Counted from the first letter of the stretch, positions 1 to 10,419 are shown. The stretch: DNA of 64,000 nucleotides from Bradyrhizobium sp. (GCA_035308285.1 DATGGY010000243.1:13-64012); one strand, 5' to 3'. Numbers and translations: made by a program. Notes: generated by a model not told the origin, from the letters alone.

Positions 1-389
1 TCCGTCAGCAGCACCTCGCTGCGCGTCGGCGCGGGAGCAGCCGGCGGCGGCGGGACTTCCTTCTTTCTCAGGGTGTTGATTGCCTTGATGATGAGGAACA
101 GCACGAAAGCGACGATCAGGAAATTGAGCGTCAGCGTCAGAAAATTGCCCCAGGCCAGAACGGCGCCCTGTTTTTTTGCATCCGCAAGATTGCTGGCCGT
201 GACGGCTTTCGACAGGCCGGTGAAATAATTGGAAAAGTCGAGGCCGCCCGTGATGGCACCGATCAGAGGCATGATGATGTCGCCGACCAGCGAACTTACG
301 ATACTGCCGAAGGCGGCGCCGATGATCACGCCGACCGCAAGGTCGACGACATTGCCCTTCATCGCGAAGTCGCGAAACTCCTTGAGCAT
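1..389 (-). CDS. mscL: Large-conductance mechanosensitive channel (3' end outside window)
   Basis: Hand translation from ATG at 389: [41 protein letters not shown], the MscL N-terminal signature; absent from ORF track because it runs off the window. Confidence 0.95.
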   Translation of the reverse strand, partial: MLKEFRDFAMKGNVVDLAVGVIIGAAFGSIVSSLVGDIIMPLIGAITGGLDFSNYFTGLSKAVTASNLADAKKQGAVLAWGNFLTLTLNFLIVAFVLFLIIKAINTLRKKEVPPPPAAPAPTRSEVLLT

Positions 390-448
390 CTCGAGACCTT
401 TCGTTTCGGCATCACGAATCGGAGCGCTCACGGCGGCACCAACGCGCG

Positions 449-1339
449 CTAATTGATGAGACCGGCATGCACCATTGCGCTGCGCACCGCAGCGCGCGTC
501 GGCTCGGACACCGGCACCATCGGCAGGCGAAGCGTCTCGTCGATCTTGCCGAGCAGCGAGAGCGCGTACTTCACCGGCGACGGATTGGACTCGATGAAGA
601 GATTGGTATGCAGCGGCATCAGTTTGTCATGCAACTTGAGTGCGGTCGCGACGTCGCCCTTCTGCCAGGCCACATGAAACTCCGAACACAGCCGCGGCGC
701 GACGTTGGAGGTCACGGAGATGCAGCCGTGCCCGCCATGGGCCATATAGCCCAGCACGGTGGCGTCTTCGCCCGACAACTGATTGAATTCCTCGCCGAGT
801 CTTGCGCGTTGCTGAGAAACCCGCACCATGCTCGCAGTCGCATCCTTGACGCCGGCGATGTTCTTGAGCTCGAACAGTCGCGCCATGGTGTCCACGCTCA
901 TGTCGATCACCGAACGCGGCGGAATGTTGTAGATGATGATCGGAATTCCGATCGCATCGTTGATTGCCTTGAAGTGCTGGTACATGCCCTCCTGGGTCGG
1001 CTTGTTGTAATAGGGCGTCACCACCAGCACGGCGTCGGCACCGGCCTTCTCGGCATGCTCTGCAAGCTCGATCGCCTCCCTGGTCGAGTTGGAACCGGCG
1101 CCCGCGATCACGGGAACCCGGCCCGCCGCCTCCCCGATGCACCATTCGACGACGCGCTTGTGCTCGTCGTGGCTGACGGTCGGGCTTTCGCCGGTGGTTC
1201 CGACCGGCACCAGGCCATTGGTGCCCTCAGCTATTTGCCAGCTCACCAGCCCCCGGAAAGCCGCCTCATCAAGCGAGCCGTTCTTGAACGGCGTAACCAA
1301 GGCGGTAAAAGATCCCCGGAAATTCGTCTTGGCTGCCAT
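449..1339 (-). CDS. dapA: 4-hydroxy-tetrahydrodipicolinate synthase
   Basis: GTTGES, YNIPPRS and GVKDAT motifs; 296 aa. Confidence 0.97.
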   Translation of the reverse strand: MAAKTNFRGSFTALVTPFKNGSLDEAAFRGLVSWQIAEGTNGLVPVGTTGESPTVSHDEHKRVVEWCIGEAAGRVPVIAGAGSNSTREAIELAEHAEKAGADAVLVVTPYYNKPTQEGMYQHFKAINDAIGIPIIIYNIPPRSVIDMSVDTMARLFELKNIAGVKDATASMVRVSQQRARLGEEFNQLSGEDATVLGYMAHGGHGCISVTSNVAPRLCSEFHVAWQKGDVATALKLHDKLMPLHTNLFIESNPSPVKYALSLLGKIDETLRLPMVPVSEPTRAAVRSAMVHAGLIN

Positions 1340-1581
1340 GGACTTCCTCCGAAACGCGACGCGGCACTGCCGCTACATAATGACCAATTGATCAATTCAT
1401 ACCGGGTATGATGGCCCGGCGAAAGACCTCAACCGGCCGGGCGGTCCGCGTCCCCACCTGAAGTTTGGCACCTGAAGTTACCTCCGATACCAGTACGAGC
1501 CGCGATTTTGCCGCGGTGCTGCTGCAGACATCGCAGAGCCAGCGTATTTGGCATTTTCTGCACATATTCCGTCAAATAGAC

Positions 1582-1749
1582 GTAGTGGAGTGGATTTGAC
1601 ATTCGCTCCCCATCCAGCCCGAGCTTCGTAAAGCGAATGTCAAATCCAAAACTCCACTACAAACCTATATTTGCTGGTGGTCCTTTGATTCTAACATTCG
1701 CAAGTATGCCTGCTGAAACGGGATGCGAATGTTAGAATCGGACCACTAG
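1582..1749. repeat. Two tandem imperfect palindromes (REP/RIME-like)
   Basis: Arms 1582-1607/1632-1660 and 1674-1702/1724-1749; both share the core ACATTCGC...GCGAATGT. Confidence 0.75.
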
Positions 1750-1787
1750 GACAACCGCCGTCCCGTGATTCGTCGCAAAGGAATGCC

Positions 1788-4052
1788 GTGACCAGATCCG
1801 CCCGTGCCCAAGCGCTGCGATCGACAGCGATAGCGACAACGCTGGCGCTGGCGATGGGAATATCGACCTGGCCTGCGGGTGCTGCCGCCAAACCCAAGAT
1901 TCCATTGCCGAAGCCGCGGCCGATTGCGCGCAACGTCGTTCCCAAAGGTACCGACAAGATCACGGCCAGGGGCGCGGACAAGAATGCAAATAAGACCAAG
2001 GCCAACAGTTCCGACAAGACCCCGTCCGTTGCGGCCTCGCCCTTGCCCGCGCCGGCGATAGCTCCCGCAACTCGCCAGCATGCGGCGTTGCCGCCACTAG
2101 CTGCGCGCAAGCCGCCACCGACGCCGGCTGCCATCGCCGCGACGTCGACCACCTCGCAAGCCGACAAGGACGCGCTCGAGAACGTCATTGAACTCGTGCG
2201 CCGACACAAGCCGGCGGACGCGACGGCGGCCGAGGCCGCCATCGCCGATCCGGTGGCCAGGAAGCTTGCGGAATGGATCATCCTGCGCAGCGACGACAAT
2301 GGCGCATCGGTCGAACGCTATCGCGCGTTCATTTCCGCCAATCCGAGCTGGCCTTCGCAAACCTTCCTGCGCAGGCGCCTGGAAGCCGCGCTGTGGGACG
2401 ATCATCGCGACGAAGCTACGGCGTGGTCTTGGTTCCAGAATGAATCGCCTTTGTCGGCAAAGGGCAAATTCTCGCTGGCGAGAGCCATGATCGGACGCGG
2501 CGACCGGACCAACGCGGAGCGTCTGGTGCGCGATGCCTGGCGCAACGATTCCATGTCGGAGGATACCGAAAGCACCGCGCTCGACCTGTTCGGGGCGTTG
2601 ATCGCGCCCGGCGACCACAAGGCGCGGATGGATCTCTTGCTTTACGGCAGCGAACACGAAGCGGCGCTGCGCGCGGCAAAACGGCTCGGGGGCGGCGAAG
2701 TCGCACTCGCCAAGGCGCGCATCGCCGGCTACCGCAAGGCATCCAACGCCCGCGCCCTGCTCGATGCGGTTCCGCGCGAATTGCACGGCGACCCCGGTTA
2801 CATCTTCAGCAGGATCCAGCTATTGCGCCGGGAAGAGAAATTCAATGAAGCCGCGCAGCTCATAATGAGTGCGCCGAGGGACCCCGGCCGCCTCTACAAT
2901 GTGGACGAATGGTGGATCGAACGGCGATTGCTGTCGCGCAAGATGATCGACGTCGGCGAACATCGCACCGCCTACCTGATCGCGCGCGACGCAGCCCTGC
3001 CGGCACGCGATATCTACAGGACCGAGCAGGAATTCACGGCGGGCTGGATCGCGCTGCGCTTTCTGAATGACCCTTCAACGGCAGCCCAGCACTTTGCGCG
3101 CCTCGGCGCCGGCAGCGCCAACCCCACCACGCTCGCGCGCGCCGGCTATTGGCAAGGCCGTGCCGCCGAGGCCGCCGGCCGTTCCCAGGAAGCCCGCGCC
3201 GCCTATGCAGCGGCCTCCGAGCAATCGACCAGCTATTACGGCCAATTGGCGCGCGCCAAACTCGGCCTGCCGCAGATCGAGTTGAACAATGCACCTACCG
3301 CGCGCGGGCGCGCCGTCGAACGGCTTGAGATTGTCCGCGCAGCGCAGCTCCTCTACGAACTCGAAGAGGGCGAAATCGCTATCCCGATCTTTGCCGACAT
3401 GGGTGAGAACGGCGATGGCGATACGCTCGTCGGACTTGCCGAACTGGCGTCGCGTTACGGCGATGCGCGCGGCATGCTGCTGGTGGGCAAGGCGGCGCTC
3501 AATCGCGGACTGCCGTTCGACTTCTACGCCTTCCCGGTGACGGGCATTCCCCCGTTCAGGTCGATCGGCCCCGACGTCGAGCAGAGTATCGTCTATGCCA
3601 TCGCGCGGCAGGAGAGCGCGTTCAATCCCTCCGTGGTTTCGCCGGCGCAGGCCTATGGGTTGATGCAGGTGACGGCGGATGCCGGCAAATATGTCTGCAA
3701 GAAATACGGCGCCAGCTATGACTTCGGACGGCTGAAAACCGATCCGGTCTACAACACCGCACTTGGCGCAGCCGAGCTTGGCGGCCTGATCGAGGATTAC
3801 CGCGGCTCCTATGTCATGACGTTTGCCGCCTACAACGCCGGGCGCGGCAGCGTCAAAAAATGGATCGAGCGCTACGGGGACCCGCGCGATCCAAAGGTAG
3901 ACGCCGTCGACTGGGTCGAGTTGATCCCCTTCTCCGAAACCCGCAACTACGTGCAGCGAATCATCGAGAATCTGCAGGTCTATCGCGCCCGTTTCGGCGG
4001 CGGCACGCGGCTGCAGATCGAGGCCGATCTGCACCGCGGCAACGTCGAGTAG
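1788..4052 (+). CDS. Soluble lytic murein transglycosylase (Slt70-like)
   Basis: Signal peptide, helical repeat region, C-terminal IARQESAF, GLMQV, AAYNAG, ETRNYV. Confidence 0.93.
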   Translation: MTRSARAQALRSTAIATTLALAMGISTWPAGAAAKPKIPLPKPRPIARNVVPKGTDKITARGADKNANKTKANSSDKTPSVAASPLPAPAIAPATRQHAALPPLAARKPPPTPAAIAATSTTSQADKDALENVIELVRRHKPADATAAEAAIADPVARKLAEWIILRSDDNGASVERYRAFISANPSWPSQTFLRRRLEAALWDDHRDEATAWSWFQNESPLSAKGKFSLARAMIGRGDRTNAERLVRDAWRNDSMSEDTESTALDLFGALIAPGDHKARMDLLLYGSEHEAALRAAKRLGGGEVALAKARIAGYRKASNARALLDAVPRELHGDPGYIFSRIQLLRREEKFNEAAQLIMSAPRDPGRLYNVDEWWIERRLLSRKMIDVGEHRTAYLIARDAALPARDIYRTEQEFTAGWIALRFLNDPSTAAQHFARLGAGSANPTTLARAGYWQGRAAEAAGRSQEARAAYAAASEQSTSYYGQLARAKLGLPQIELNNAPTARGRAVERLEIVRAAQLLYELEEGEIAIPIFADMGENGDGDTLVGLAELASRYGDARGMLLVGKAALNRGLPFDFYAFPVTGIPPFRSIGPDVEQSIVYAIARQESAFNPSVVSPAQAYGLMQVTADAGKYVCKKYGASYDFGRLKTDPVYNTALGAAELGGLIEDYRGSYVMTFAAYNAGRGSVKKWIERYGDPRDPKVDAVDWVELIPFSETRNYVQRIIENLQVYRARFGGGTRLQIEADLHRGNVE

Positions 4053-4081
4053 GTTCCATAGCGCATGATGGCTTTCACTTC

Positions 4082-4208
4082 ACCTCTCCCGCTTGCGGGG
4101 GAGGTCGACGCGCGAAGCGCGGCGGGTGGGGGAAGTCTATCCAGTCGGGCAGCACGTTTTGCGGAAGCACCCCCACCCCAACCCTCCCCCGCAAGCGGGA
4201 GAGGGAGC
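4082..4208. repeat. Alphaproteobacterial REP-type palindrome
   Basis: CCTCTCCCGCTTGCGGGGGAGG ... CCTCCCCCGCAAGCGGGAGAGG inverted arms between convergent genes. Confidence 0.8.
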
Positions 4209-4327
4209 GCGCCTCGGTCGTCGTTACAAACTTGAGCTACCTCATCACCGCTAGCCTCGTTGCCTTCCATTCGCCGGGCGTGACCAAGCGCGAGGCGAAT
4301 ACGCGTTTGAGAGCTGCTTTGGCCAAA

Positions 4328-4372
4328 GAAAATCCCCCTCCCGATAGATGCCTATCGGAAGGGGGATTTTCT
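4328..4372. terminator. Intrinsic terminator, probably bidirectional
   Basis: AGAAAATCCCCCTCCCGATAG-atgc-CTATCGGAAGGGGGATTTTCT stem just past the stop of 4387..5424. Confidence 0.75.
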
Positions 4373-4386
4373 ACGTCAGGACTGCT

Positions 4387-5424
4387 TTACTTGTGGAACA
4401 TCGCAGGCTTCGCGGGTTCCTCAGGCGCCCAGAGGCGATAGCTGAGGGTTGCGAATACCGTCGCGCCCTGGGTGATCAGAGAAGCATCGGCCGCGAGCGG
4501 AACTGCTGCGTTCCTGGCGCTCGCCCCGACTTCCTGCGTCGCCCATACCGAGAGGCTCGCCGGACCGAAGTTGTATTCCACGAGACCGCCAACCGCCCAG
4601 ATGTGGAACCGCTGAGCATTGCCGAGCGTGCTGCCGCCAAATGCCGTGCACGGAATTCCGCAGGTGTCGTCGGTAACCTGCGCCACGTAGTAGGCGACCG
4701 GACCGATCGTCCACTTTCCAAAGGTTTTCGTAGCCGTGAAGTCCGCATGGAAAATGTCGCCGGTCGTGTAATTGTCGCGGCTATTTCGAGTGTTGAACTC
4801 TTCATACAGAGCAACGCTGAGATTCCAGCCACCGCCCAGATACGAGAGGATCAACTCAGGCTGGAAGGTCCACCAGGGGTTGCCGGCGTTGCCGAGGCCA
4901 AAGGGTCCCTGAGTGGTGCCATCGGGCACGTAAATGCCGACACCTGTCTTGACCACAAATCCGCTGGTCCCGAGCTTCCAGCTCAACTCACCCGGGACGA
5001 TGTAGGTGTTGTGCGCGCCAGCGAAGTTGGAGGGCAGCGAATTGGGGATCGAATTAAGAATAGATTGGAGGGGATTTGAGACGCTCGCCATGACGAACGG
5101 CTGCACGATGACGGCGTCATACGTCGCACCAAGGAAAGTCCAGCCAGGAACGAACAGGAAGCCCTGCACGTCGACCGCGGCTGCCACACCATTGTGCGTG
5201 CCGAGCCCAAGAGTGGTTGTGCCCGGACCCACCAGGTTCGTCTGATAGGTGAAGATCTGGTTGAACATGTAGATGCCCGGCGGCGGAACGCCGGCGCTCG
5301 CACCGAGGAACGCGCCCGGCTTCGTAGCCCAGCCCGCGTACCCACCTTCGTACGCGTTCGCAGGCGAGAAGGCCACGGCGGCCAGACCCGCTGCCGCTAA
5401 AAGAGTCTTGATACTGAATTTCAT
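4387..5424 (-). CDS. Outer-membrane beta-barrel, SphA/MetA-pathway-of-phenol-degradation type
   Basis: Signal peptide MKFSIKTLLAAAGLAAVAFSPANA; GVPPPGIY, GNAGNPWWTFQPE, NYTTGDIFHADFT motifs; aromatic amphipathic strands. Confidence 0.75.
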   Translation of the reverse strand: MKFSIKTLLAAAGLAAVAFSPANAYEGGYAGWATKPGAFLGASAGVPPPGIYMFNQIFTYQTNLVGPGTTTLGLGTHNGVAAAVDVQGFLFVPGWTFLGATYDAVIVQPFVMASVSNPLQSILNSIPNSLPSNFAGAHNTYIVPGELSWKLGTSGFVVKTGVGIYVPDGTTQGPFGLGNAGNPWWTFQPELILSYLGGGWNLSVALYEEFNTRNSRDNYTTGDIFHADFTATKTFGKWTIGPVAYYVAQVTDDTCGIPCTAFGGSTLGNAQRFHIWAVGGLVEYNFGPASLSVWATQEVGASARNAAVPLAADASLITQGATVFATLSYRLWAPEEPAKPAMFHK

Positions 5425-6041
5425 GTGTCCCCCTATGTAGACCTGTGAAACGCTATTCCGTGTTGAACCTCGGCACCCCAACCTTCGCGTGCGAAACTTC
5501 CCCCGCCACTGCGAATTCAACGTGCCTATTTCAAATGCGAGAGTTGCTGCTCACGAATGAAAAGGCAATTTAAACTTGCCTTATGAAGGTTTGTCACAGT
5601 CCTTTTTCCGTCAGGTGTTGCAAAATATGCACACATGCCGCCGTCGCTCCGAAACTCACCTAAGCTGCTGTTTTACCGAATATTTCGTGGCCCGGAATTT
5701 CTTTGGCGAAGGACCTTCAAGAATCCTTGAAGCGCGATCGTCGGCGTAACATCGTGCCCGCGAACGCTCTCCGGCCGGGCTATTAGGTACTTCGAATCGA
5801 AGCGATGGAGCGCCCGGCGCTGCCCCGTTTGGCGGCGGGCAAGATCCGCCTAAAGCCAACGCTGCAAAGGCAAATGGCAAGGCGGCAGACCGATTCGAGG
5901 CCGTTCGCCCATGCGCGGGCTGCAATCATCGCCGCATGGGCGCCGACTTTTGGCGGAAGGATGTTGCATGAATGCGGCCTGCCAACGTACGAAGTCGCAT
6001 CGCCTGATCCGTTGGTTGCGGCGGGAGAAGCTGGAGGGAAT

Positions 6042-7184
6042 ATGCGTTTTTCGGTGATCCTTGCCGCGTTGGCCGCATCTTTAGCCTTCGTCAGTCCGGC
6101 GCTGGCCCAGAGTCAAAGCGACGTCGATAGTTGCAGGTTTGCAGGAGTACTCAGCAAGGCTGATGAAGGCATCGCGGCCTGCGACCGCGTGATCGATGAT
6201 GCGAAAGTGACTGTGCCGAACCGCGCAATTGCGCTTAGCAATCGCTGCGGATGGTGGTGGACGAAGAACGATCCGGACCGCGCGCTCGCTGATTGCAATG
6301 AAGCTATAAGGGCCGATGGCGGCAACGCCGCCGCCTTCCTCAACCGAGGCAATAGCTTCTTTAGCAAGTCGGACTTCGAGCACGCTTTTGCCGACTTCAA
6401 TGCCGCGATCCGGCTCGACCCCAAGAACGCGTGGGCCTATGCCGCACGGGGCAATCTCTACAGGACCCAAGGCGAGTTCGACCGTGCGCTCGCCGATCTG
6501 AACGAATCGATCAAGCTCGACCCGAACTACTCCCTCGCCTTCTTCGCCCGCGGCGACCTGTACCGGAGCAAGGGCGATTTGGCCCGCGCGATGGCCGACA
6601 TGAACGAGTCGCTCCGGCTCGATCCGAACTACGCGCTGGGTTACTCCACGCGAGCCCGGCTGTCCTACAAGCTCGGCAACAACCCGGCCGCAATCGAGGA
6701 CTTCAACAAGGCGATCAAGCTCGACCCAGAGAATGCCACGGCGCACTTCAACCGGGGCGTCGCCTATTATGTCGTTGGCGGCCGTATCCCGGACGCAGTC
6801 GCCGATTTCAAGAAGGCCGCCGAACTCAACCCGAAGGACGCCTATGCCGCGATCTGGCGCGATCTCGCCGAACGGCGCAACAACGCGCCGAGCCATTTGG
6901 CAGAAGCCGTGAAGCAACTCGACATGACCGCATGGCCGGCGCCCGTGATCCGTCACCTCTTCGGCGAGCTCACTGCCGAACAGACCCTTGGCGCGGCCTT
7001 CGACACCGACCCGAGGACCAAGCAAGCGCAAACCTGCGAAGCTAATTTTTACAGCGGCGAGTTTGCGTTGATTCAAAAGAACAAGAAAGAAGCGCAGCGC
7101 CTTCTCAAGCTCGCAGCCGATGATTGCCCGCCAAGCTTCGTCGAATCCACGGCTGCGATTGCGGAGCTGATACAGCTCAAATGA
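6042..7184 (+). CDS. Exported TPR protein with NlpI-like C-terminus
   Basis: GGAGGG RBS before ATG 6042, signal peptide, repeated A.AD.N.(A/S)I.LDP TPR units, WPAPVI...CEANFYSGE tail. Confidence 0.85.
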   Translation: MRFSVILAALAASLAFVSPALAQSQSDVDSCRFAGVLSKADEGIAACDRVIDDAKVTVPNRAIALSNRCGWWWTKNDPDRALADCNEAIRADGGNAAAFLNRGNSFFSKSDFEHAFADFNAAIRLDPKNAWAYAARGNLYRTQGEFDRALADLNESIKLDPNYSLAFFARGDLYRSKGDLARAMADMNESLRLDPNYALGYSTRARLSYKLGNNPAAIEDFNKAIKLDPENATAHFNRGVAYYVVGGRIPDAVADFKKAAELNPKDAYAAIWRDLAERRNNAPSHLAEAVKQLDMTAWPAPVIRHLFGELTAEQTLGAAFDTDPRTKQAQTCEANFYSGEFALIQKNKKEAQRLLKLAADDCPPSFVESTAAIAELIQLK

Positions 7185-7229
7185 GACCCGCGGCGCTCGC
7201 GCGCTTCTCACATGATCGCAGCTTACTTG

Positions 7230-7273
7230 TCTTGCAGCGTCGCTAGACCGCTCTTGCAGCGTCGCTAGACCGC
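7230..7273. repeat. Perfect 22-bp tandem duplication
   Basis: TCTTGCAGCGTCGCTAGACCGC twice (7230-7251, 7252-7273). Confidence 0.9.
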
Positions 7274-7681
7274 GTTCGGAATTTGCCGCAACGGCGCTTT
7301 GGCCGGAACTCCGGCGGCGCCGGAAGCGGCAAGTGCTGAGCAGGTCCCCCATGTCCCCGGAACTCTGCTCAGCATCTTAGCGCCCTCGCCCTCTCCCCGC
7401 CTGAGAACGTGGACCGGAGCGAACCGTCTTAACAACGGGACGACCTCGGGTGCCCCCCTCCGTCGCGATGGCGAAATTAGCGAAGCTTCCTGCCCACGCA
7501 ACATAAAGGCGACACTAGGCAAGCTTCGGCGCGGATGTTTTTGGCAAATGTTGCAGAAAAGGCACGCACGTCTTCGCCGGCAAGCCGAAGACTGTGTCTG
7601 CGACATCGACACCAAGTAATCGGACCGTCTGAAAATTGGCAGCTTGCGGCTCGCCCCTGTGTCGGGCATATCGGCCACAAC

Positions 7682-7775
7682 GGAGCTGTGGCCGAGTGGC
7701 TGAAGGCGGCGGTTTGCTAAACCGTTATAGGGTTGTAAAGCCCTATCGAGGGTTCGAATCCCTCCGGCTCCGCCA
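7682..7775 (+). tRNA. tRNA-Ser(GCT)
   Basis: GGAGCTG acceptor stem, TGGCCGAGTGG D-arm, anticodon loop TTGCTAA, long variable arm, GGTTCGAATCC T-arm, encoded CCA. Confidence 0.97.
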
Positions 7776-7784
7776 CCCTTCTTC

Positions 7785-7833
7785 TGTCCGGCCCGGAGAC
7801 ATGGGTGACGGATCGTACCTAAGACATGGGTAC
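7785..7833. mobile_element. Solo IS481-family-like terminal remnant
   Basis: Starts with TGT and carries two AGACATGGGT subrepeats, a pattern recalled from rhizobial IS481 ends; no transposase follows. Confidence 0.55.
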
Positions 7834-7895
7834 CGCAGGGTGCGTGCCTGCCAAAGTTTGAAGCTCGACGGGGCCGCGCGAGCGACCTGTAGACA

Positions 7896-8243
7896 TCACG
7901 TCGGGACTTTTTTCGAAAGCGAAGCCTTGAGAAACTCAAAGTCGGATATTTGCAGCGCCAGCGATTGAAGTCTCTGCTCGGCCCGCAAGAATTCCTCAGC
8001 CGACAGGTCCGACTGCGCTCGCCGTCGCCACTTCAAGGTGACCTGAGGTTGATCGACAATTGCCTTTACTCGCGCGACCAGTCCGGCCCGCTCTGCGACT
8101 ATGTCTTGAATTGCTGCATCGATGGCACCGACGACAGAGGAAATTCGCACATGATCCATCTCTACTTCGCGGTCAGGTGAGCGCATCTTAAACGTCTTGA
8201 GGGCGCTTTTGAGCTGCGGATTGACGAAAGCATCTGTACTCAT
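7896..8243 (-). CDS. Hypothetical helical/coiled-coil protein
   Basis: 115 aa ORF, ATG with GAAGG upstream, co-oriented 30 bp downstream of PilZ gene. Confidence 0.6.
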   Translation of the reverse strand: MSTDAFVNPQLKSALKTFKMRSPDREVEMDHVRISSVVGAIDAAIQDIVAERAGLVARVKAIVDQPQVTLKWRRRAQSDLSAEEFLRAEQRLQSLALQISDFEFLKASLSKKVPT

Positions 8244-8273
8244 CGCAATAACCTTCGTGCCATCACAAGCAAA

Positions 8274-8549
8274 TCAGCCGCTCTTTGATGCGAGGAATTC
8301 GATTCCAATGCTGCTCTTCGTTTCCCAAATCATCTTCGATCGCCTCTTCACCCGACCGTCCAGTGTCAGAGCAAGAAAAAATTCTTCGGTTCGCATTCGA
8401 GCATTGATCTTTTCAAAGATATGGAGCTTTGCCCCGGTCGCCGAAATATCCTCCACCTGACCTTTTATCGACCATGTTCCATCGGCCGCGATCGCGATGG
8501 CCTCATGATAAAATTCAACACGCTTTGCTCTTCGTTTGTCGACAGCCAT
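8274..8549 (-). CDS. Single-domain PilZ (c-di-GMP-binding) protein
   Basis: RRAKR (RxxxR) and DISATGA (DxSxxG) motifs; ends IGIEF. Confidence 0.85.
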   Translation of the reverse strand: MAVDKRRAKRVEFYHEAIAIAADGTWSIKGQVEDISATGAKLHIFEKINARMRTEEFFLALTLDGRVKRRSKMIWETKSSIGIEFLASKSG

Positions 8550-9048
8550 TGGTTTACCCGTCCCTATCCCTTGCCCAAGGCAGCGATGATCCGGTGATCA
8601 TTTGTATTTGTCCCTAAGCGATTTAGTCAAACGAACGCCACACCAATCCGCTTTTCTTCGCGCCAGATGATGCGGCACGGTAAATGCGATCCGTCCGCCG
8701 GGAAAACCAGCGTGAAAGAGTCGTGGATGCCAACAGGGCTAGTCATGTCGCGCGCCGCCCAGGCACTCGATATATTGTGAACCATGCAAGCGACCGCACC
8801 GCCAACTCAATCGTTCCGGCCTTGGAGACGCGATCGCGAGGAAGACCCGCTTCTCGACCAAGAGGCCAGGTTAGGCTGTAAGTGTAAGGAATTGATGAAT
8901 TTCCGATAGCCTGATCCGAGTCGATAGTCTGACGGTCAACATCCAAAGATAATTGCAATATGAGTCTTCCTTACGCGCCTGCTCAAATAACGACGCCAAC
9001 ACTCAAATATGGACAAAGCTTTTTTGAGCCACGCAGGGAGACTGTCGC

Positions 9049-9130
9049 TTGGGTTATGTCTATTTTCTCGAACTGAGCAACGGCGACATCTATGTCGGAT
9101 CGACGAATGAACTTCGCTGCCGGTTTTCTT
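9049..9130 (+). pseudogene. GIY-YIG nuclease N-terminal stub
   Basis: YVYFLELSNGDIYVGSTNELRCRF matches the GIY-YIG start; similarity is then lost and the frame runs antisense through the Sel1 gene. Confidence 0.65.
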
Positions 9131-9216
9131 CAACGACGAATTCGCGCGTGGTTCGCAAACCCATGCCGGCACCGGAACGTTGCGGGCGACGTGGTAGACT
9201 GCGAACAGTTCCGCTC

Positions 9217-9483
9217 TTAGTGCGCCGTCATCCAGTCGCGGGCCTCGCGCTGGGCGGCTGCGATTTCTGCTTCCGACATCAGCTCGGCGATCTCGCGGCG
9301 CATCTGAACGGCATCGTGGCGGCCCTTCACGGCGGCAAGATTGAACCATTTATGCGCGGCGACCAGGTTGACGACGCCGGAGCGTCCGCTCGCCCAGTAA
9401 AGCCCACGCTCGAACAACACGTCGGGAATCGCGGTTGCTTCCACCGGCGTCGCGCTATCCAGATCGAAAAGTCCCTGAAACAT
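9217..9483 (-). CDS. Small Sel1-like repeat protein
   Basis: GLYWASGR...AAHKWFNLAAVKG...MSEAEIAAAQREARDW; AAGGGG RBS. Confidence 0.85.
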   Translation of the reverse strand: MFQGLFDLDSATPVEATAIPDVLFERGLYWASGRSGVVNLVAAHKWFNLAAVKGRHDAVQMRREIAELMSEAEIAAAQREARDWMTAH

Positions 9484-10329
9484 CTGTCATCCCCTTCTTG
9501 TTTTTCTTAAACCCGCCCTGTCCGAGCGCGGCCCCTGTCCTGCTTGCAACGTCGCGTAATTCCCAGCGCGCGATCAGCAAAAGTGGACTTGCAGTTTTGC
9601 GTCCGATCGCGCGCCAATCTTGAGAGGGCGCACGATCTGACCGCCAAACCGCCCACACCTTGGCGGATCATGCGCTCGCCGTTTGCTGGCTTGTCGGAAT
9701 GATCTTGACCAGCCAAGTTTGAAGGACAGTTTAAGTATCGCGATGAATCCGGCGTAAACGCCTCATCGGCGCAGGCCGCCGTGAAATGACAGAAACGCCC
9801 ATTTCATCGGGGCTTTTAGGTGTTGCTATAAATTGGTTTACCCCGCCATTTTCGCGAAACGATAACCATCGCCGCAAGCAAGCGGCGATGTGACGCGCCG
9901 GCGCATCCGGCCCCCAAAGGGCCCTTGCGAGCCGTGGAGCATCGCGACAACGATCTGCAGGAATGATTTGTGGGATTGAATGTCCGCCGGGCATCACGGC
10001 ACCAGCGTGGAACGAGGGCGTCGGCGAACACGTCAGGACCAGATTTCACATTGACGCTCAAAGGCCGAGAGCCCTCAAGTCCGTGAAACTGCGGATCGCT
10101 GAAATCCGCACCGAACGAAGAAAACCTGTTTTCTTCTGCCGGACCGGCTTTCGACAAAGAGCGAGCTCTTTCGAAACTACGATCCAGCCGTTTGACCTGA
10201 TGTCTCGCCGACACCCTCTTTCGTCGACAAGAGCCGATCTTTCAACATCTGCTTTTTTGGAAGCAAACCGTCCGGAAGGCTCGTGTGACGCGCCGGCATC
10301 AAAACCGCCGGCAATTCTTCAGGCGAGAT

Positions 10330-10419
10330 TTACTTCTTCTTCTTGACCCTGCGGGTCTTCTTCGCAGTCTTCTTCACTGCGCTCTTCGCCTTCTTTGCCT
10401 TCTTAGCTTTCTTCGCCAT
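10330..10419 (-). CDS. 29-aa lysine-rich basic microprotein
   Basis: MAKKAKKAKKAKSAVKKTAKKTRRVKKKK*, with AGGAGG 5 nt upstream of ATG; below ORF track cutoff. Confidence 0.75.
   Translation of the reverse strand: MAKKAKKAKKAKSAVKKTAKKTRRVKKKK

Noticed and set aside
467-1411. Long antisense or alternative-frame ORFs over core genes (also 12971-14530, 20395-22179, 6081-7352, 26156-27400)
   Set aside because: Shadow ORFs typical of high-GC DNA; they overlap well-supported genes and have no motifs.
6300-6850. About 102-bp periodic repeats (…CTCGACCC…AA…)
   Set aside because: They are the 34-aa TPR units of the coding sequence, not a CRISPR or DNA repeat.
8673-8688. Sigma54-like CGGCAC-N5-ATGC
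   Set aside because: GG-N10-GC spacing fits but both boxes deviate from consensus, and no credible gene follows on that strand.
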